A model generated the notes under the pieces. That model made no database searches. It was not told where the DNA came from and saw only the letters and a list, made by a program, of their open reading frames with translations. Source: Negativicutes bacterium (GTDB lineage Bacteria; Bacillota; Negativicutes; UBA1444). From it: a DNA stretch of 64,000 nucleotides. Where the stretch lies: the NCBI GenBank assembly GCA_963665275.2, contig CAXXIN010000007.1:64001-128000 (forward strand). The letters run 5' to 3'. Of the stretch, positions 60,085 to 64,000 are shown in pieces; within the stretch, counting starts at the first letter, position 1; each line of letters begins with the position of its first letter. A program made the translations under genes and the position numbers.

Positions 60085-62271
60085 TTACACAATTAGAACT
60101 TCATCACTTGAGTGTTGCCGCCAATCAATTCCATTTAAAATACCGTGCATATATCCAAGAAAGTTATCATATTGATTTGGCAATAACACAGGGAGTTCAG
60201 TTATTTCAACACCTAGCGTCTTTACAACGAATCGTCGTAAATTAACGCTACCTCTTTGCAATTCGCGTGAAGAAACCTGCTCACCCATACTGATTTTTTT
60301 TGCAACTTCTTGATCGGCTAGAACAGTTATTGTATCGTCTTCGATTATTCGAAACTTCTCAGCGACATCGACAAAAGCACACTGTTTGTCAAGTTTGCAG
60401 ATTTCTTCCGGCAATCCGCCTAATTCCTTACACTCCATATCGAAGCCTTCAGTGACTGCAACAGTAATGGTCTGGCTAGTTAATACCCCTGAGTCAATCT
60501 GTTTAAGAAATACGGAACGCGGAATATCAAACAGAGGATTCCGTTGAAAGCCAGCATCAGCTATTGTAAAACAAAGCAGGGTTCCATCTCTATATTCACC
60601 GTTTCGACTGACTCGCCCGCTAAGCTGCCAACAGCTTTGTAATGATCGTAGTTCACAAAATCCATAATGAAATGAAAAATCCATTCCACATTCAACACAA
60701 CTTGTAGCAATCAGCGTCCAGTTTTCGTTGAAGCCAAAATCAGGATTTAATCTACGCTTTACTTCGTCAATAACGCCTTCTCTATCACCTGGCGTCAACG
60801 CCGTTGAGAGGTGAAGAACCTCATGCCCCTCCTCGCGCATTGTTTTGGCAAGAAAGGCAGCTGACCGAACAGTGTCCATAACGACAAGGCGTGAACCTGA
60901 AAAACTTGTGACAAAATCAATCAATTTGGAGACGCTTTCAAAATGCGGCGGTTGAGTTGCCATTATATTGATGGCAACTCTATTTTTTTCATATTCATTC
61001 AATTCACACGAAAGGTCTGAAGAAAGAATTGGTATAACTGAACGTGACGATACTTTCTGGAAAATCGGGTTTCCCCAAAACTTAATGGACGTACCAGAGC
61101 ATAAACAAAAATGGCAACCCCATTGCTCCGTTAATTCTACAATCCATTTCCAGGCTGGAGGCATAAGTAGTGCGGGTAAAGCTGCATGACTTTCATCCAT
61201 GACAATTCCACATCCTGGCAATTGATGAAGTTTTCGCAGCTTTGACGGAATATTGCTTGCCAACGTCTCAAAGAACTGAACAGCAGTAGTTACAATAATA
61301 GGTGCAGACCAAGTTGATGCCAGATGTCGTAATTCGATGTTTTCGAAATCAGCTTGATGATGATGTTCAGCGACTATTGAAGCAGGGTCTTCGCCTTCAA
61401 GAACAATAGCTTCACGTAACACAGCAACAGTCTGCGAGATAATATTTGTAAACGGCAGAACAATAATAATGTGCCGCAGATTATGTGCAATCGCTTTTTG
61501 CAACATATGCGCCACGACAGCGGTTGTTTTGCCAGTTCCGACGGGACTGTCGCAATATACTAGGGCCTCATTGACATTCGCCTCTTCGCAACACTGAAAC
61601 ATTTTTTGCCTAAGCCGATTCCGTTTCGTAGTTGGAGCACCCGCCTGCAAATCATTAACATATTGCTTGAGTCGCTGCAAACGTTTAGCCCAAAGAGTAA
61701 GTGGCAAAACAGCTTTTTCTGCCGACGAATCAGAATAATCAGCATCTACAAGGCAACTTAGCATCATCCGGTATTCCATTGAAGAGATCTTTGATATTTG
61801 CGATAAACCTAATTTTACTCCCTGTATTTCCTCGTTATGCAGTCGCAAATATTCAGTTATGCAAGCATTCGTTTGTTCCTTGACGTCTGTGTTGCGAAAA
61901 GGGTTCGCCTTCAACCTTTCTTCCATCAGATTGGGAAGACCTGGGCGATGATGCGAATAAATCAAGGTTGCAGAAATTTTATTCTGACAATCCTCAAACA
62001 AATATTTACTTCCAGCATCGCGATGGTCAACAGGCAACCGTTTCGCTTTTTTCACACCACAAAGCACAGCTTGATTTAAACTATCAAGCTTTCCCAAGTC
62101 GTGAAACATTGCTGCACCGGCTACCAAAGAACGATAGCTGTCATGCTTTTCATTCAATGCAAATGGTAAAACGGCCTCTATATTTTCACATGAGTTTTCA
62201 AACACCCCAGTCACATGATCATGATAGGACTGGGATGGTTGCCCGTTTCTGGCGCTGTGTGCCAATAACAT
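60085..62271 (-). CDS. cas3: CRISPR-associated helicase/nuclease Cas3 (HD + SF2), 728 aa
   Basis: LAHS..YHDH, FHDLGK, LVDADYSD, PVGTGKT, MDESH, TSCVECGMD and QLSGRVSRNG. Confidence 0.9.
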   Translation of the reverse strand: MLLAHSARNGQPSQSYHDHVTGVFENSCENIEAVLPFALNEKHDSYRSLVAGAAMFHDLGKLDSLNQAVLCGVKKAKRLPVDHRDAGSKYLFEDCQNKISATLIYSHHRPGLPNLMEERLKANPFRNTDVKEQTNACITEYLRLHNEEIQGVKLGLSQISKISSMEYRMMLSCLVDADYSDSSAEKAVLPLTLWAKRLQRLKQYVNDLQAGAPTTKRNRLRQKMFQCCEEANVNEALVYCDSPVGTGKTTAVVAHMLQKAIAHNLRHIIIVLPFTNIISQTVAVLREAIVLEGEDPASIVAEHHHQADFENIELRHLASTWSAPIIVTTAVQFFETLASNIPSKLRKLHQLPGCGIVMDESHAALPALLMPPAWKWIVELTEQWGCHFCLCSGTSIKFWGNPIFQKVSSRSVIPILSSDLSCELNEYEKNRVAINIMATQPPHFESVSKLIDFVTSFSGSRLVVMDTVRSAAFLAKTMREEGHEVLHLSTALTPGDREGVIDEVKRRLNPDFGFNENWTLIATSCVECGMDFSFHYGFCELRSLQSCWQLSGRVSRNGEYRDGTLLCFTIADAGFQRNPLFDIPRSVFLKQIDSGVLTSQTITVAVTEGFDMECKELGGLPEEICKLDKQCAFVDVAEKFRIIEDDTITVLADQEVAKKISMGEQVSSRELQRGSVNLRRFVVKTLGVEITELPVLLPNQYDNFLGYMHGILNGIDWRQHSSDEVLIV

Positions 62272-63146
62272 TACATCTGATCCATCAGATCGATAATCGG
62301 TGATGCTTTATCTTTCAATAGCCCGTTGTTCAGCTTGCCAATATTTTCGGTTAGCACTTCTTCATTGTAATCCTTCCATGAAGTTGCCGCTCCTACTGCC
62401 CCGCCGATACGTTGTGGCATCAACGCTTCGATCATTTTAAAGTCGCTGAAAGTACCACGCGCACGATTATGTTCCGTATAAAACGCGTGACGAACATTCA
62501 CTTGGGATCGTATATAAGACGCAGTTTCCGAATAGGCATGAGGAATCAACTTAAAGAGCAAATCAATATCCTTTTTCGTGCAATGCGTTTTGTACGCCGC
62601 TGTAGCGTTGATGAAAAATGGCATAGCATACAAACCATAGGACACAATTCTAAATGCAAGTGGAGCCATTCCTTTGCTCTTGTCATCTTCAACCGGAAGG
62701 ATTTTTGTGGTAGTCATACGCTCGATTTTTACGGGATCAAGCGAAACACCCAATCCGAACTGAACTACGCCGGTCGTTATGAAAGATTTTGCTTCGTCAG
62801 TCTGTTCCTCAAGAAACGTTGTTCCAAAGACGCGAACATCCCAATATTTCGCAGTTATTTCATCAGGTGACATAACCTTAACATCAGTTCGTTTTGTATC
62901 TTTACTTTCCAAAACATCAAAGCCTTGATTGGGTAGCTTAAGCTCTTGGGCGATATCTTTCCAAAATGGCGATTCCTTTTCCGACACCAAATCACGCAGT
63001 TTTCTTTTGAAGGACACCGGGGAAATTTCACCGCGACCATCTTGGCGAGTACGCGGATCACTTTCACGGTCGGGATCACCGTTGGGATTTGAACTGATGG
63101 CTTCGATCAGCAGTAAACCCGTTCCTCTGTTGATTTGTTCAGTCAT
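62271..63146 (-). CDS. cas7: Divergent Cas7 (Csd2/Csh2-related) backbone protein
   Basis: NPNGDPD..PR, SFKRKLRD, WDVRVFG and TGVVQFG; start at ATG 63146 after GAAGGAGG; TAATG coupling to cas3. Confidence 0.85.
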   Translation of the reverse strand: MTEQINRGTGLLLIEAISSNPNGDPDRESDPRTRQDGRGEISPVSFKRKLRDLVSEKESPFWKDIAQELKLPNQGFDVLESKDTKRTDVKVMSPDEITAKYWDVRVFGTTFLEEQTDEAKSFITTGVVQFGLGVSLDPVKIERMTTTKILPVEDDKSKGMAPLAFRIVSYGLYAMPFFINATAAYKTHCTKKDIDLLFKLIPHAYSETASYIRSQVNVRHAFYTEHNRARGTFSDFKMIEALMPQRIGGAVGAATSWKDYNEEVLTENIGKLNNGLLKDKASPIIDLMDQM

Positions 63147-63537
63147 GATTTTCATCCTCCTTCTTTTCATAAGGGATCGCAGCCAAGTAGCCCAATAGCA
63201 CTTGCGCCTGTTCTGCTGGAGAAAATGTTTCAGACAGTTCATTTGCTGAGATTTTTAAACTGACTTCCGAGAACCGCGCAAGAATCCATTTTGCCAGCCC
63301 TGCTCCCTCACCTGTTGATGTATCTGCCCAAGCCAAATAGATTTTCATGCGATCTCTTAAGCGGAGAACTCCTTCCACAGGATTTTCCGAGGCTATCGCC
63401 AACATTTCATTTCCCATAAGTTGAGTCGGCAGCGGCTTTTTTTCGTTTCCTCCGTTACGCACTTGCACACAGTACTGCTTATGCAGCATATCTGCAAGCT
63501 TAAGAAACTGACCCACATTAAACGGTGCATCCAACAT
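63139..63537 (-). CDS. Putative internally translated small subunit Cas11 (132 aa)
   Basis: In-frame ATG at 63537 preceded by AGAAAGGAG-AAGTAC inside the cas8-like frame. Confidence 0.6.
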   Translation of the reverse strand: MLDAPFNVGQFLKLADMLHKQYCVQVRNGGNEKKPLPTQLMGNEMLAIASENPVEGVLRLRDRMKIYLAWADTSTGEGAGLAKWILARFSEVSLKISANELSETFSPAEQAQVLLGYLAAIPYEKKEDENHD

Positions 63538-64000
63538 GTACTTCTCCTTTCTGACGCCAAGACGCCATAACAAAATTGAGATGAGGGAAATGAACATACA
63601 TAAGTTTTTAATCTGCTTGGAAAATGCCTCTGAAGCATTTAATGGATACGGGAATTGAGCGATTATTTGTTGACCAATATCTCCCAACAGCCCTTGGACT
63701 TTCCAAACCGATTTTTGGATGAAATTAGAAAGCAAATCGGAGTCTGAGAACTCCGTCTCGGACTGTGGCATATACAACCGATAAACTTCATGGAGAGAAA
63801 CAGCACTTTGTTTGAGCGGTTTCGCTGAACCAGAACGAGTGTAATGCAATTTCATAATTTGAAGAATTTCATTGGGACCGGGACATATCGGTTTATATTC
63901 TCGAATACCGGTTTTATCTTTAACACGAATACTTATCGGCGGACAGTTTTTTGATTCATCCGACCATGCAAGCAAGTTGTTACAAAAATTCTGTACCGAA
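63139..64000 (-). CDS. Putative Cascade large subunit (Cas8-like), 5'-truncated by window edge
   Basis: Open frame to the edge, immediately upstream of and overlapping cas7; C-terminal PFNVGQFL..EQAQVLLGY resembles the Cas8c/Cas11 helical tail. Confidence 0.6.
   Translation of the reverse strand, partial: SVQNFCNNLLAWSDESKNCPPISIRVKDKTGIREYKPICPGPNEILQIMKLHYTRSGSAKPLKQSAVSLHEVYRLYMPQSETEFSDSDLLSNFIQKSVWKVQGLLGDIGQQIIAQFPYPLNASEAFSKQIKNLCMFISLISILLWRLGVRKEKYMLDAPFNVGQFLKLADMLHKQYCVQVRNGGNEKKPLPTQLMGNEMLAIASENPVEGVLRLRDRMKIYLAWADTSTGEGAGLAKWILARFSEVSLKISANELSETFSPAEQAQVLLGYLAAIPYEKKEDENHD

Noticed and set aside
1-64000. tRNA, rRNA, integrase, transposase or prophage genes
   Set aside because: No supporting motifs seen, so no mobile element is called despite the composition shifts

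Overview
This is a chromosomal window from a Firmicute, most likely a Negativicute of the Sporomusaceae type. That assignment is inferred from gene content, Firmicute-type RBS and LexA motifs, and the sigma54 system. From left to right it holds: the 3' end of a metallo-hydrolase; addBA; an AT-richer stretch with a GDSL esterase, a Tat-exported deacetylase, LysR, ClC, an atypical Alr-family enzyme, and a pentapeptide-repeat/DJ-1 operon preceded by a LexA box; a degenerate HD-GYP gene; a DUF969-DUF979-pcp-S9 peptidase operon; htpG; and cydABDC. Next comes a D-amino-acid/N-acyl-D-amino-acid locus: dat, a regulator, two D-aminoacylases, an Opp/Dpp ABC system and an unannotated remnant of a third aminoacylase. 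This locus carries five +1 homopolymer frameshifts and a G22 tract, and two of its leaders share an ANTAR-like hairpin/terminator. It is followed by a stand-alone GHKL ATPase, a secreted serpin, an AI-2E transporter, a class II photolyase, an orphan MFP, an M23 peptidase, an intact HD-GYP gene and a sigma54 cassette (activator, M24 peptidase, AtoE-like transporter). The window ends in a CRISPR-Cas locus. The array has I-C-type repeats (54 repeat units, 53 spacers by hand count). Ordinary I-C cas4-cas1-cas2 genes are joined to an AT-richer, divergent effector module in the non-canonical order (cas8-like)-cas7-cas3, with an internal RBS+ATG for a hidden Cas11. A solitary copy of the repeat with an intact hairpin lies about 5.1 kb beyond the array trailer, on the far side of the sigma54 cassette. 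The strongest leads are the variant type I-C system, the solitary repeat and the three leader attenuators. All calls come from motif recognition by eye; no database searches were run.
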